Assembly: GCA_021793875.1 (NCBI GenBank) | Contig: JAJYRX010000001.1 | Coordinates: 1-25,138, forward strand | DNA from: Pseudomonadota bacterium | Lineage (GTDB): Bacteria; Pseudomonadota; Gammaproteobacteria; Burkholderiales; Burkholderiaceae_B | Direction of reading: 5' to 3' | DNA: 25,138 nt | Shown: in pieces, positions 1-9,882 of the stretch | How positions within the stretch are numbered: position 1 is the stretch's first letter | How the letters are laid out: every line of letters begins with the position of its first letter | Position numbers and translations under genes: made by a program | The notes under the pieces: model-generated | The model's input: the letters and a program-made list of their open reading frames with translations, nothing else | What the model was told of the DNA's origin: nothing | The model's database searches: none

Positions 1-1914
1 GAGTTTAGCTCTAAAGTTGTATCACTAGTACAGGGCACACATGATTTATTACGCTTAGGCGCTCTTGCAAGTCAGGCTGGTGCATCGGGTAGTAGCCCTG
101 GTGATCAAACTGAAAAGCAGCGCAAAATGTTGCTGGCCATGGCTGCTGACCTCAGAATTGTGCTTATCAGACTAGCCTCAAGGCTGCAGACACTATTGTG
201 GTATGCGCATACAAAAACCCCTTGTCCACCTAATATGGCTCGTGAAACCCTAGAGCTATACACGCCTTTAGCCAACCGGCTGGGCATATGGCAAATAAAA
301 TGGGAAATGGAAGACCTTTCATTCCGGTTTCTAGAGCCTGATACGTATAGGAAAATAGCTGTACAGCTTGAAGAAAAAAGGGCTGAGCGGGAAAGTTTTA
401 TTGATGCCACTATAAACGTTATTCAAAACGAGCTGAAGTCACTGAATGTTAACGCCAATGTTAGCGGACGCCCTAAGCACATATATAGCATCTGGAACAA
501 GATGCAAAATAAAAACTTAACATTTGATCAGCTATACGATCTGCGCGCTTTAAGAATCATTGTAAATGATGAGCGTGATTGCTATACAGCGCTTGCGCTG
601 GTTCATTCTCTTTGGGTACCAGTTAGTGAGGAGTTTGACGATTACATATCAAGGCCTAAGCCCAATGGGTATCGTTCATTACATACAGTGGTGTCCGATC
701 AGCAAGGAAGAAGGTTTGAAATACAAATACGTACCCATGAAATGCATGAGTTTGCAGAGTACGGAATGGCTGCACATTGGCGGTACAAAGAGGCAGGGGT
801 TAGGGGTGGAATAGAAACAGCTTCTAGTAAGTACGATCAGAAAATTGCCTGGATGAGACAATTGCTTGCCTTTGATGGGAGTGACAAGGGTGGCTCCAGT
901 GAGCAGGCTAAGGCTGAAGTGCGACAACAGCCCGATCGAATATACGTTCTTACTCCTCAGGCAAGGGTTATAGAGCTGCCGGGTGGTGCTACACCAGTAG
1001 ATTTTGCCTATCATTTGCATACCGACCTGGGCCATCGCTGTCGGGGGGCTAGGGTAGACGGACAAATGGTTCCTTTATTAACAAAGCTACAAACCGGGCA
1101 AACAGTAGAAATAATTACTGCCAAGTCGGGTGGCCCTTCCCGCGATTGGCTTAACCCCCAGCTAGGGTTTCTTGCAAGCCCAAGGGCACGTGCAAAAGTT
1201 AGAGCTTGGTTTAATGCAATTGAGTTACAAGAGCGTATTTCGCAAGGGCAGGCTCTTGTCGAGAAAGAGCTGCAACGTCTTGGAAAAACCGCTATAAATC
1301 TTGAGCACCTTGCAGAACAGCTGGGGTTTGCACGTAGCGATGACATGTATGTGGCTGTGGCTAAAGACGAATTTAGCCTTAGAAATATAGATAATGCGTT
1401 AAGAGGTGGTAGTACAGACCATGACGAAACGGAAAAAACATACAGCAGCGGACGGGATAGCGTTACCACTACGGGTAAAAGCGGGGTTTTAGTCGTTGGT
1501 GTAGATTCCCTTCTTACGCAGTTGGCACGTTGTTGCAGGCCTGCTCCTCCTGATCCTATTTGTGGTTTTGTAACTAGAGGTCGGGGTGTATCCATACATA
1601 GGGCCGATTGTAGTTCGTATGCATCGCTGGCTTCCAGTCAGCCAGAGCGTCTTATAGAGGTTGCTTGGGGTGATACCGGTCAATCTGTGTATCCCGTTAA
1701 TATAAGTGTGCAGGCTCCGGAAACCAGTAGTTTACTGCGCGATGTCTCAGAGGTTTTCGCCCGATTGCGCATTAATGTTGTTGGTGTTAACAGTCAAAGT
1801 AGGCGCTCTTTGACAAACATTACATTTACAATAGAAGTACGTAATGGCGATCAAATTCAACAGGCTATAAACGCACTATGTGAGCTACCTGGGGTTACCG
1901 CTAACCGTAACTAA
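1..1914 (+). CDS. relA: RelA-type (p)ppGpp synthetase, 5'-truncated by the window edge
   Basis: Frame 1 is open from base 1 (EFSSKVVSLVQG...), so ATG 127 is internal. Synthetase motifs GRPKHIYSIWNKM, LYDLRALR, EFDDYISRPKPNGYRSLHT, EIQIRT and AEYGMAAHWRYK; TGS (ATPVDFAYHLHTDLGHRC), ZFD (LARCCRPAPPD...IHRADC) and a C-terminal ACT domain. The EXDD motif and degenerate hydrolase region (RLASRLQTL) indicate RelA rather than SpoT. Confidence 0.96.
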   Translation, partial: EFSSKVVSLVQGTHDLLRLGALASQAGASGSSPGDQTEKQRKMLLAMAADLRIVLIRLASRLQTLLWYAHTKTPCPPNMARETLELYTPLANRLGIWQIKWEMEDLSFRFLEPDTYRKIAVQLEEKRAERESFIDATINVIQNELKSLNVNANVSGRPKHIYSIWNKMQNKNLTFDQLYDLRALRIIVNDERDCYTALALVHSLWVPVSEEFDDYISRPKPNGYRSLHTVVSDQQGRRFEIQIRTHEMHEFAEYGMAAHWRYKEAGVRGGIETASSKYDQKIAWMRQLLAFDGSDKGGSSEQAKAEVRQQPDRIYVLTPQARVIELPGGATPVDFAYHLHTDLGHRCRGARVDGQMVPLLTKLQTGQTVEIITAKSGGPSRDWLNPQLGFLASPRARAKVRAWFNAIELQERISQGQALVEKELQRLGKTAINLEHLAEQLGFARSDDMYVAVAKDEFSLRNIDNALRGGSTDHDETEKTYSSGRDSVTTTGKSGVLVVGVDSLLTQLARCCRPAPPDPICGFVTRGRGVSIHRADCSSYASLASSQPERLIEVAWGDTGQSVYPVNISVQAPETSSLLRDVSEVFARLRINVVGVNSQSRRSLTNITFTIEVRNGDQIQQAINALCELPGVTANRN

Positions 1915-1954
1915 ACTATATAAACTCATATTCATAAGCATAAGTTTTGGGTGC

Positions 1955-1968
1955 TGTTAAAATATAAT
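1955..1968 (+). promoter_or_regulatory. Candidate sigma70 extended -10 promoter for trpB-trpA-accD
   Basis: TG-T-TAAAAT at 1955-1963 overlaps a perfect TATAAT at 1963-1968, ~85 nt upstream of trpB. No convincing -35. Confidence 0.45.
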
Positions 1969-2050
1969 GTTTGTTGGCCCTTTGTGACGTTTTATAAAGG
2001 CAGTGCATTCATTTGCAAATCAGCTGTTTTATGTTGATTGGATTAAAACC

Positions 2051-3250
2051 TTGAAACCATACAATTTACCAGACGAAAGCGGGCATTTTGGCCCTTACGG
2101 CGGACTCTTCGTTGCTGAAACGCTAACCCATGCTCTTGATGAGCTTAACCAAGCGTACTACAGCGTTCGTAACAATCAAGAGTTCCAAAACGAACTGGCA
2201 TACGAACTGGCCCATTTTGTTGGTCGTCCGAGCCCTGTCTATCATGCGAAGCGATGGTCTGAAAAGCTAGGTGGTGCACAAATATGGTTTAAACGTGAAG
2301 ATCTTAACCACACTGGGGCACACAAAATAAATAACTGTATGGGTCAAATCCTACTTGCTAAACGTATGGGCAAGCGCAGAATTATTGCCGAGACTGGTGC
2401 CGGTCAACATGGTGTTGCTACAGCAACGGTTGCAGCTCGTTATGGCATGGAATGCGTAGTTTATATGGGCTCAGAAGATGTCAGACGTCAGGCATCAAAT
2501 GTTTATAGAATGAAGTTGCTAGGTGCGCAGGTAGTATCAGTCGATAGCGGCTCTCGGACTCTTAAAGACGCACTTAATGAAGCTATGCGCGATTGGGTTA
2601 CTAATGTAGAAACTACCTTCTACATAATAGGTACGGTTGCAGGACCTCACCCCTATCCAATGCTAGTAAGAGACTTCCAATCGGTTATTGGTCAAGAGTG
2701 CCTTAATCAAATGCCAAAGGCAGCAGGTAAACAGCCCGACTATATTATTGCTTCTGTTGGGGGCGGCTCAAATGCTATGGGCATTTTTTATCCGTATATA
2801 GAAAACTCTAGTGTGCGTCTTATAGGTGTCGAGGCAGCGGGCGAAGGGCTTAACACGAAACGTCATGCGGCTTCTTTAAATGCCGGTCATGTAGGTGTAT
2901 TACACGGCAATCGAACATATGTAATTCAAGACGAGCATGGGCAGGTTCAGGCTACCCACTCTATATCGGCCGGGCTAGATTACCCTGGGGTAGGTCCAGA
3001 GCATGCTTGGCTTAAAGATAATAACCGTGCTGAATATGTAACAGTTACCGACGCCGAGGCCTTAGACGCTTTTCACATTTGCTGCAGAACAGAAGGCATA
3101 ATGCCAGCCTTAGAGTCAGCACATGCCATAGCGCATGCAGCTAGTTTAGCTCCTAAGTTATCTTCAGATAAGGTTATTCTGGTAAACCTATCAGGCCGTG
3201 GCGATAAAGACATGCATACGGTAGCTGAATACAGCGGTATCGAATTATAG
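2051..3250 (+). CDS. trpB: Tryptophan synthase beta chain (399 aa)
   Basis: [11 protein letters not shown]-lysine motif [43 protein letters not shown]. Start placed at TTG 2051 (MKPYNLPD..., SD-like TGGA at 2039-2042) rather than GTG 2003. Confidence 0.97.
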   Translation: MKPYNLPDESGHFGPYGGLFVAETLTHALDELNQAYYSVRNNQEFQNELAYELAHFVGRPSPVYHAKRWSEKLGGAQIWFKREDLNHTGAHKINNCMGQILLAKRMGKRRIIAETGAGQHGVATATVAARYGMECVVYMGSEDVRRQASNVYRMKLLGAQVVSVDSGSRTLKDALNEAMRDWVTNVETTFYIIGTVAGPHPYPMLVRDFQSVIGQECLNQMPKAAGKQPDYIIASVGGGSNAMGIFYPYIENSSVRLIGVEAAGEGLNTKRHAASLNAGHVGVLHGNRTYVIQDEHGQVQATHSISAGLDYPGVGPEHAWLKDNNRAEYVTVTDAEALDAFHICCRTEGIMPALESAHAIAHAASLAPKLSSDKVILVNLSGRGDKDMHTVAEYSGIEL

Positions 3251-3258
3251 AGGGCCAC

Positions 3259-4092
3259 ATGAGTTCAAATAACCGTATAAAGGCGGCATTTTCTAAAGCT
3301 GGCAATCGTTCGGCACTTATTCCATATGTTACGGCTGGTGACCCATCTGTAACGTCAACACCCAAACTCATGCACGAGCTGGTAAGTGCCGGCGCAGACA
3401 TTATTGAGCTTGGTGTGCCATTTTCCGACCCCATGGCCGATGGTCCTGTAATTCAACGTGCAGCCCAACGAGCCATAGAGCGGGGCACAACTCTGAAAAC
3501 CGTGTTTGAAATGGTTTCCAGGTTTAGGCAACAAGATTCAGCCACTCCCGTAGTTTTAATGGGGTATGCAAACCCGGTAGAGCGCATGGGGCAAGATATT
3601 TTTGCCAAGGAAGCAGGAAGAGCCGGGGTGGATGGGGTGTTAATAGTCGATTACCCACCTGAAGAGGCAGAAGACTTTGCCAATCTGCTTATAAATGAAA
3701 ATATAGATCCTATATTTTTATTGGCTCCTACATCAACCTCAGAGCGCATTCAGAAAATAGCCAAAATAGCGCGAGGATATGTTTACTATGTTTCACTAAA
3801 GGGAGTTACAGGAGCTGCTACCCTTAATACTATCGATGTGCAGAAGCGTCTCGAAACCATACGTAAATATGTGTCGGTTCCAGTAGGAGTAGGGTTTGGT
3901 GTACGCGATGCTAATAGTGCAAAACAGCTTGCAGAATGTGCAGATGCTGTTGTAATTGGTAGCAAACTTATTGAAACCATGGAGTCTGCATATACCGAAG
4001 CAAAGCAGCGCGGTGCTGCTGAGGCAGATTGTGACAAGGCCGCTATAGATGCTGTGTCTAAGCTACTCCGGGGTATAAGGGAAGTTTTATGA
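3259..4092 (+). CDS. trpA: Tryptophan synthase alpha chain (277 aa)
   Basis: [57 protein letters not shown]; starts 8 nt after trpB. Confidence 0.97.
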   Translation: MSSNNRIKAAFSKAGNRSALIPYVTAGDPSVTSTPKLMHELVSAGADIIELGVPFSDPMADGPVIQRAAQRAIERGTTLKTVFEMVSRFRQQDSATPVVLMGYANPVERMGQDIFAKEAGRAGVDGVLIVDYPPEEAEDFANLLINENIDPIFLLAPTSTSERIQKIAKIARGYVYYVSLKGVTGAATLNTIDVQKRLETIRKYVSVPVGVGFGVRDANSAKQLAECADAVVIGSKLIETMESAYTEAKQRGAAEADCDKAAIDAVSKLLRGIREVL

Positions 4093-4976
4093 GTTGGATA
4101 GAAAAAATACTACCACCGCGCATTAACAGGCGCAGTGAAAACAGTGCAAAAAAAGTGCCCGAAGGTGTTTGGGTTAAATGCCCATCATGTGAATCGGTTC
4201 TTTATAAAGAAGATCTTCAGGCCACTCTAAATGTTTGTCCTAAATGCAATCATCATATGCGTATAGGCGCTCGAGAAAGGCTTAACTTTCTGTTAGATAG
4301 CGATGGGCGTGAAGAAATTGGACAAAACACAAAACCAGTCGACCCACTCAAGTTCCGTGATAGCAGACGATATCCAGATCGTGTTTCAGAGGCTGTAAAG
4401 CAAACGGGCGAAAGTGAAGCCATAGTAACCATGCGGGGTTCTATATGCTCAGTGCCGGTTGTTATATCCTGTTTTGAGTTTGAGTTTATGGGTGGGTCCA
4501 TGGGCTCGGTGGTTGGTGAGCGTTTTGTCCGAGGTGTTCAGGAAGCAATAAAGCATAGAACTCCTTTCGTTTGTGTTTCCGCATCTGGCGGTGCTCGTAT
4601 GCAAGAAAGTCTATTTTCTTTAATGCAAATGGCTAAAACAAATGCAGCACTAACAAAACTATCTAAGGCCGGGTTGCCGTTTATTAGTTTGCTAACCGAC
4701 CCAACTATGGGTGGTGTATCCGCCAGCTTTGCTTTTATGGGTGACGTTGTAATAGCAGAGCCTAGAGCTTTAATTGGTTTTGCTGGCCCAAGGGTTATAG
4801 AGCAGACGGTACATGAGAAACTGCCTGAAGGTTTTCAGAGAGCAGAGTTTTTGCTTGAGAAAGGTGCTATAGATATGGTGGTCGATCGTCGTGAGCTGCG
4901 TAATAAAATTGCTCATCTTCTGGCCTTGTTAACCAAACAGCCAGCAGAGGCTGTCGACTCAGCAGCAAGCCAGTAA
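4089..4976 (+). CDS. accD: Acetyl-CoA carboxylase carboxyltransferase beta subunit (295 aa)
   Basis: Zn finger CPSC...[49 protein letters not shown]; ATGA overlap with the trpA stop. Confidence 0.97.
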   Translation: MSWIEKILPPRINRRSENSAKKVPEGVWVKCPSCESVLYKEDLQATLNVCPKCNHHMRIGARERLNFLLDSDGREEIGQNTKPVDPLKFRDSRRYPDRVSEAVKQTGESEAIVTMRGSICSVPVVISCFEFEFMGGSMGSVVGERFVRGVQEAIKHRTPFVCVSASGGARMQESLFSLMQMAKTNAALTKLSKAGLPFISLLTDPTMGGVSASFAFMGDVVIAEPRALIGFAGPRVIEQTVHEKLPEGFQRAEFLLEKGAIDMVVDRRELRNKIAHLLALLTKQPAEAVDSAASQ

Positions 4977-4996
4977 ACGCTAAATAGTTCAAATAA

Positions 4997-5028
4997 TAAA
5001 AAAGGCAGCTTTAAAGCTGCCTTTTTTA
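4997..5028. terminator. Bidirectional intrinsic terminator between convergent accD and rne
   Basis: Perfect 32-bp palindrome TAAAAAAGGCAGCTTT|AAAGCTGCCTTTTTTA with a 6-nt A/T tract on each side. Confidence 0.9.
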
Positions 5029-5043
5029 CGTCTGCTACAAATT

Positions 5044-7767
5044 TTATTGAGCTATGGTTTCAATTTGCTGCAGTTCTTCTTCTTCAATGTTTGGCATTTG
5101 CTTACGTGGACGGCCTAGCTTTATTTCGGGTTGGTTAGAGTAAGGTTCAGTTGGTACGCTGGTCTCAACCATTTCCAACCCAGCTTCTTTTAGGATTTCT
5201 GCTAGTTTGTCTACTGTTGATTCTCTATTTTCTGAAGCTTGTTGTTCTTCAGATGATGGCTGATAAATTGTCTCAGCTTCTTCCTTGTTACTGTCATCTG
5301 ATTTTTTTATGGTCTCTGAATCAACGTTTAACAATGCTGGTTCATCTGTAGTAGATATTGCCACTAGCTCTTGCCCTTCAGAAGCTTCTTCGGTTGTTAT
5401 AGAGCTTACTTCTTTTTGAGACTCAACTACCTGCTGCTTTGCCTGCTCTATTTCAGACTCTTTTTCGTGCTTAACGCCTTTTTGCTCGGCTGTAGCCTCT
5501 GCTTTAGGCTTGAGCTCTGACTTGATCTCGGGTTTTGGCTCTGGTTTCGCTTCTGGCTTAGTATGCGTGTCAGTTACGTTTTGTACAGCTTCAGTATCTG
5601 CAGCGGTGTTATTAGTGGTTTGTGGCTGTGTAGTCTCGTGCTGTTTGCCGCGCCTTCCTCTTCGTGGACGACGTCTGCGTCTGCGAGAGTTGCCAGAGTC
5701 TTGTGCCTCAGTTTGTGGCCTTTCAGTAGCTTCCGGGGTTTGATCTAAACTGCTATCTATTGTTTCTTGAGAGGTGCTGCCAACATCATTTTGATTACGA
5801 GTGCGGCGGCGATTTCTGTGTGTTCTGGAGCGGGTATTTCTATCGTTAACAGTGCGTTTGTCCGCAGTGTCTTTTGAACCTACATCATCTGCATTATTGG
5901 CTGATCTTGATGTTACTTCATCATTTTGTGCCCTTGTGCTGCGCGTATCTTGTTTACGGTTACGCTGTACGTTGCCAGATTGGTTGCTACGGCTCTGGTT
6001 ACGTGGTTTTTGTTCAGCACGTTTTCCAGCACGTTTTTTAGGCTGGGGCTGCACCTCTTGAGATGTGCCGGATATCCATGATAACAACCTTCTTAGTATT
6101 CCAGGTTTGGATGGTCTGACGCTTCTTGTTGTTTTCCTTGCACGTTTATTTATTGGAGCTGGTTGCGCAGGTGTTATTGTTTTTACCAAGGCCTCACTGG
6201 ATTTCTTGGTATCTTGCCCATTGCGTTGGGTCCAAGAAGTTTTTTCTTCGGGCTCATCTGCTAGTTGTATGCTGTTTCTGCTGTCGTCTAGGCGAGGGTC
6301 ATCGTGTCGCAAGCGCTCTATATTATGATGAGGTGTTTCCAGGTGTTTGCTTGGTATTAGTACTAGGTTAACACCAAGGCGTGACTCAAGCTTGGCAATG
6401 TTTGAGCGTTTTTCGTTAAGCAGGAATGTTGCCACATCGATTGGTACATGTGCATGTATAGCAGCTGTACCTTCTTTCATGGCCTCTTCTTGTAATAGGC
6501 GTAATATGTGTAAGGCACTAGATTCCGAGTCGCGTATAACCCCGGTGCCGGTACAGCGTGGACACGGCACATGAGAGCCTTCATTTAAGGCTGGACGAAG
6601 CCTTTGCCTAGATAGCTCCATAAGACCGAACCTAGAAATTTTGCCCATTTGCACCCTTGCCCTGTCAAATCTGAGGGCATCACGCAGACGCTGCTCAATA
6701 GCACGCTGGTTTTTGGTGTCATCCATATCTATGAAGTCGATGACAATAAGACCGCCCAGGTCACGTAGCCGTAGCTGACGTGCAACTTCGTCGGCCGCTT
6801 CAAGGTTTGTTCTTAGAGCTGTTTCTTCTATGTCTGAGCCTTTAGTGGCTCGTGCAGAGTTAACGTCTATAGCTACCAACGCCTCTGTGTGGTCTATAAC
6901 AATTGAGCCGCCTGAAGGTAGCTGGACGTTACGTGCATAGGCTGTTTCAATTTGATGTTCAATTTGGAAACGGGAAAACAGTGGGATGTCGTCTTTGTAC
7001 CGTTTAACTTGATGAACGTTTTCAGCCATTACTACACCCATAAATGATGTAGCTTGCTCATGGATGTCATCTGTATCTATAAGTATTTCACCAATTTCTG
7101 GTGAGTAATAATCGCGTATAGCACGTATTACCAGACTTGACTCTAGGTAAATTAATACAGGAGCGGGGTTATCGCGAGCAGCGCTATCGATTGCATTCCA
7201 TAGCTGCATAAGATAGGAGAGGTCCCATTGTAGCTCTTCAACAGTACGACCAATTCCTGCGGTGCGCGCAATTATGCTCATGCCATGGGGAAGATCAAGC
7301 TTATCCATGGTTTCACGTAGCTCTTGACGCTCTTCACCTTCTACCCTTCTAGATACGCCGCCGCCACGAGGGTTGTTTGGCATCAGGACAAGGTATCGTC
7401 CAGCCAGAGATATAAAGGTTGTAAGGGCGGCACCTTTATTGCCGCGCTCTTCCTTTTCAACTTGAATTATTAGCTCTTGCCCTTCGTGTAGTGCATCTTG
7501 TATGCGTGCATTTTTGACATCTACGCCATCTTTGAAATAGCTGCGAGATACTTCTTTGAAGGGCAAAAAACCGTGACGTTCTTCGCCGTAGTTAACAAAA
7601 CAGGCTTCTAGGCCTGGTTCTATGCGGGTGATTACGCCTTTATAAATATTGCCTTTGCGCTGTTCGCGTCCGGCGGTTTCTATGTCTAGGTCAATAAGTT
7701 TTTGACCGTCGACAATTGCAACGCGTAATTCTTCTTGGTGCGTTGCATTGAACAACATGCGTTTCAT
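5044..7767 (-). CDS. rne: Ribonuclease E (907 aa)
   Basis: Start MKRMLFNATHQEELRVAIVDG with SD GGAGA; S1 domain, IDVNSA and LIVIDFIDM catalytic motifs, Zn-link CPRCTGTG, amphipathic membrane segment PGILRRLLSWISG, Arg-rich and acidic disordered C-terminal region. The ORF-track start at 7800 is 11 codons too long. Confidence 0.97.
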   Translation of the reverse strand: MKRMLFNATHQEELRVAIVDGQKLIDLDIETAGREQRKGNIYKGVITRIEPGLEACFVNYGEERHGFLPFKEVSRSYFKDGVDVKNARIQDALHEGQELIIQVEKEERGNKGAALTTFISLAGRYLVLMPNNPRGGGVSRRVEGEERQELRETMDKLDLPHGMSIIARTAGIGRTVEELQWDLSYLMQLWNAIDSAARDNPAPVLIYLESSLVIRAIRDYYSPEIGEILIDTDDIHEQATSFMGVVMAENVHQVKRYKDDIPLFSRFQIEHQIETAYARNVQLPSGGSIVIDHTEALVAIDVNSARATKGSDIEETALRTNLEAADEVARQLRLRDLGGLIVIDFIDMDDTKNQRAIEQRLRDALRFDRARVQMGKISRFGLMELSRQRLRPALNEGSHVPCPRCTGTGVIRDSESSALHILRLLQEEAMKEGTAAIHAHVPIDVATFLLNEKRSNIAKLESRLGVNLVLIPSKHLETPHHNIERLRHDDPRLDDSRNSIQLADEPEEKTSWTQRNGQDTKKSSEALVKTITPAQPAPINKRARKTTRSVRPSKPGILRRLLSWISGTSQEVQPQPKKRAGKRAEQKPRNQSRSNQSGNVQRNRKQDTRSTRAQNDEVTSRSANNADDVGSKDTADKRTVNDRNTRSRTHRNRRRTRNQNDVGSTSQETIDSSLDQTPEATERPQTEAQDSGNSRRRRRRPRRGRRGKQHETTQPQTTNNTAADTEAVQNVTDTHTKPEAKPEPKPEIKSELKPKAEATAEQKGVKHEKESEIEQAKQQVVESQKEVSSITTEEASEGQELVAISTTDEPALLNVDSETIKKSDDSNKEEAETIYQPSSEEQQASENRESTVDKLAEILKEAGLEMVETSVPTEPYSNQPEIKLGRPRKQMPNIEEEELQQIETIAQ
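5503..5559 (-). repeat. Degenerate 12-nt tandem repeat encoding KPEA-KPEP-KPEI-KSEL-KPK in the RNase E C-terminal region
   Basis: Minus strand reads aag cca gaa gcg aaa cca gag cca aaa ccc gag atc aag tca gag ctc aag cct aaa. Confidence 0.6.
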
Positions 7768-8192
7768 GAGTGTTTCTCCGTAGTCATGGCGTGCCTGCAA
7801 AGGCTACGCGACCGCGGGTCACTCGGTGTGAGGCGCTAAATCTGCACAATAAGGATGAGCCTGATCCGGCCAGGCCGCATCTGCATAGGGGCAGCACGAG
7901 TATGTGCTCCCATAAATAAAGTATTTTCTCAGCAGGTAGGTCAGGTTCACAGTTGTGGTTGACAAAAAAAGTTGGAAACACCAGCCAGATTGCAATTACT
8001 TTTTAGTGGCTGCCGTTTTAACGAATTCAAACAATTTAAATGATTCAGCGTCGCACGCGGTTATTTAATAACAATACCGGCGACCTAATGACCCGAAAGC
8101 CAGTTTCAACACTGTACAATCAATAGTTACAGAGCAGCGGAGACGCACCATTTGCATCTCTACGCTACGCCGTTTACTGGATTTCATCGGCT
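7768..8192 (-). promoter_or_regulatory. Putative long structured 5' leader of rne
   Basis: Stem-loops at 7790-7808, 7854-7881, 7889-7911 and 8134-8168. The 5' end is inferred from the candidate promoter at 8199-8226. Confidence 0.5.
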
Positions 8193-8198
8193 GTTAAG

Positions 8199-8226
8199 AT
8201 TATAGCTGTTTTTTATGTTACGTGAA
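8199..8226 (-). promoter_or_regulatory. Candidate sigma70 promoter for rne
   Basis: Minus strand TTCACG (8226-8221), 16-nt spacer, TATAAT (8204-8199). Confidence 0.45.
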
Positions 8227-8241
8227 ATTGGTTTTGAAATT

Positions 8242-8270
8242 TTGTAGGATATCTGTTACATGACTATAAA
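8242..8270 (+). promoter_or_regulatory. Candidate sigma70 promoter for rluC
   Basis: TTGTAG (8242-8247), 17-nt spacer, TATAAA (8265-8270); it would give a very short leader. Confidence 0.3.
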
Positions 8271-8284
8271 TGCAGTAGGTAAAC

Positions 8285-9211
8285 ATGAGCGCACGTGTTC
8301 GTTTTATTGATGTTACCAATGATCAAGCTGGGCAACGTCTTGATAATTTCCTTATCCGTGTTTGCAAAGGGGTTCCTAAAAGTCATGTATACAAGTCCAT
8401 ACGTAGCGGTGAGGTCAGGGTAAACAAAGGTCGTTCCAATGCAATGTACAGGCTCCAAGAAGGTGATTCAGTAAGAATTCCACCCATGCGGTTGCCAGAC
8501 TCTAACAGTGCTACACCAGTTCCACCGGCTACCTTTCCTGTTGTTTACGAAGATGACGTCATGCTGGTTATTGATAAGCCGGCAGGAGTAGCTGTACATG
8601 GTGGTAGCGGTGTGTCATTTGGAGTTATAGAGCAGCTTAGAGCTTCTGGTGCAGAAACAAGATTCCTAGAGCTGGTTCATCGTTTAGATCGTGAAACTTC
8701 CGGGGTTCTAATGCTCGCCAAGAAGCGAAGTGCGCTTATATCGCTTCAGCAGGTGTTAAGAGAGTCACGTGGTCATAGGTATTATGATGCTTTAGTAATA
8801 GGTGATTGGGTTAATGACCGTCAGCATTTAAAGCAGCCTTTGCTAAGGTGGCTTACCAAGCAAGGCGAGCGAAGGGTTAGGGTTGATAAGTCTGGTAAGG
8901 CGGCTCACACAATAATAACTCTTAAAAAAAGGCTTGGAGCTGTTTCTTGGGTGCGTGCTGAACTAAAGACGGGGCGTACTCATCAAATAAGAGTGCATCT
9001 GGCGCACGCTGGCTATCCCATTCTTTGTGATGATAAGTATGGGTCTGATAGCGTTCTAGATGAGTATCACAGTAAGGGATATAAGCGTATGTTTCTACAT
9101 GCGTCCGAGCTTAACGTGCCACACCCTACAACAGGTAAAAATATGGTGTTTAAGGCACCATTGCCTTCGAGATTTAATAAGTTAATACAAGAACTGGAGC
9201 AAGATAAGTGA
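8285..9211 (+). CDS. rluC: 23S rRNA pseudouridine synthase, RluC type (308 aa)
   Basis: N-terminal S4 domain (GQRLDNFL...IRSGEVRVNKGR), IDKPAGVAVHGG, catalytic VHRLDRETSG, LKTGRTHQIRVH, MFLHA; divergent from rne as in the classic locus. Confidence 0.93.
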   Translation: MSARVRFIDVTNDQAGQRLDNFLIRVCKGVPKSHVYKSIRSGEVRVNKGRSNAMYRLQEGDSVRIPPMRLPDSNSATPVPPATFPVVYEDDVMLVIDKPAGVAVHGGSGVSFGVIEQLRASGAETRFLELVHRLDRETSGVLMLAKKRSALISLQQVLRESRGHRYYDALVIGDWVNDRQHLKQPLLRWLTKQGERRVRVDKSGKAAHTIITLKKRLGAVSWVRAELKTGRTHQIRVHLAHAGYPILCDDKYGSDSVLDEYHSKGYKRMFLHASELNVPHPTTGKNMVFKAPLPSRFNKLIQELEQDK

Positions 9212-9882
9212 AAAAATATGCAGCGGTTATTTTTGATTGGGATGGTACTGTAATGGACTCCACCCATTCAATAGTTGTGGCAATTCAAGCCGCAGCTCGT
9301 GATCTTGGCCTTGAGGTCCCCGAGTCGAGCCAAGCTTCATGGGTAATAGGGCTAAGCTTGGAAAGCGCATTGTATAGATGCGTGCCGCAACTTGATGCCA
9401 ATACCATGCCTAAGTTTCTTGAGCGTTACCGGCACCATTATTTTGGGTCAGACCACGAGCAGCAATTGTTTGATGGAATAGGGTCGCTACTTTCTGATAT
9501 AAAGCAACAGAATGTGCGTATTGCCGTCGCTACTGGTAAAAGTAGGGTGGGGCTGAATAGGTCGCTGGGAAGGTCAGGGCTTGAAGACCTTTTTGATGCT
9601 ACACGTACTGCAGATGAAACCAGAAGCAAGCCCGATCCAAAAATGTTGTTTGAGTTGTTAGAAGAGTTTATGCTTGAACCGAATCAAGTATTAATGGTTG
9701 GTGATACCACCCATGATATCAACATGGCTCATAATGCCGGGGTAGATAGTCTTGCGGTTACCTACGGTGCACACGACCCGGATACTCTGCATAGAGCTTC
9801 ACCTACGGTTATTTTAAATACTGTGGATCAAATGCGAGAGTGGGTAATGCCTCGCCTAATGGCTTTAGATACCAGCGTCTAA
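9208..9882 (+). CDS. HAD-superfamily hydrolase, phosphoglycolate phosphatase-like (224 aa)
   Basis: Motif I IFDWDGT, motif II VATGK, SKPDP, motif IV VGDTTHD; GTGA overlap with the rluC stop. Confidence 0.88.
   Translation: MKKYAAVIFDWDGTVMDSTHSIVVAIQAAARDLGLEVPESSQASWVIGLSLESALYRCVPQLDANTMPKFLERYRHHYFGSDHEQQLFDGIGSLLSDIKQQNVRIAVATGKSRVGLNRSLGRSGLEDLFDATRTADETRSKPDPKMLFELLEEFMLEPNQVLMVGDTTHDINMAHNAGVDSLAVTYGAHDPDTLHRASPTVILNTVDQMREWVMPRLMALDTSV

Noticed and set aside
61-210. Degenerate hydrolase region of the RSH protein as a sign of pseudogenisation
   Set aside because: An inactive hydrolase domain is the normal state of beta/gammaproteobacterial RelA, and the frame is intact.
105-1683. Antisense and alternate-frame ORFs over relA (e.g. 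1011-1595, 194 aa)
   Set aside because: They lie entirely within a well-conserved gene, have no motif or SD, and look like codon-bias shadows.
1967-2050. Possible trp leader peptide or attenuator; 16-codon N-terminal extension of TrpB from GTG 2003
   Set aside because: MFVGPL has no Trp, the extension has only one Trp and precedes the family-typical start, and the weak hairpin at 1979-2000 has no U-tract.
5151-6574. Several plus-strand ORFs rich in Leu, Cys, Val and Ser opposite the rne C-terminal region
   Set aside because: They are the expected reverse-complement translation of a low-complexity Glu/Gln/Thr/Arg-rich region.
7784-7981. 65-codon ORF in the rne leader (possible uORF)
   Set aside because: GTG start with no clear SD, no recognisable protein features, and it overlaps the RNA hairpins that better explain the region. 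Ribosome profiling would be needed to revive it.
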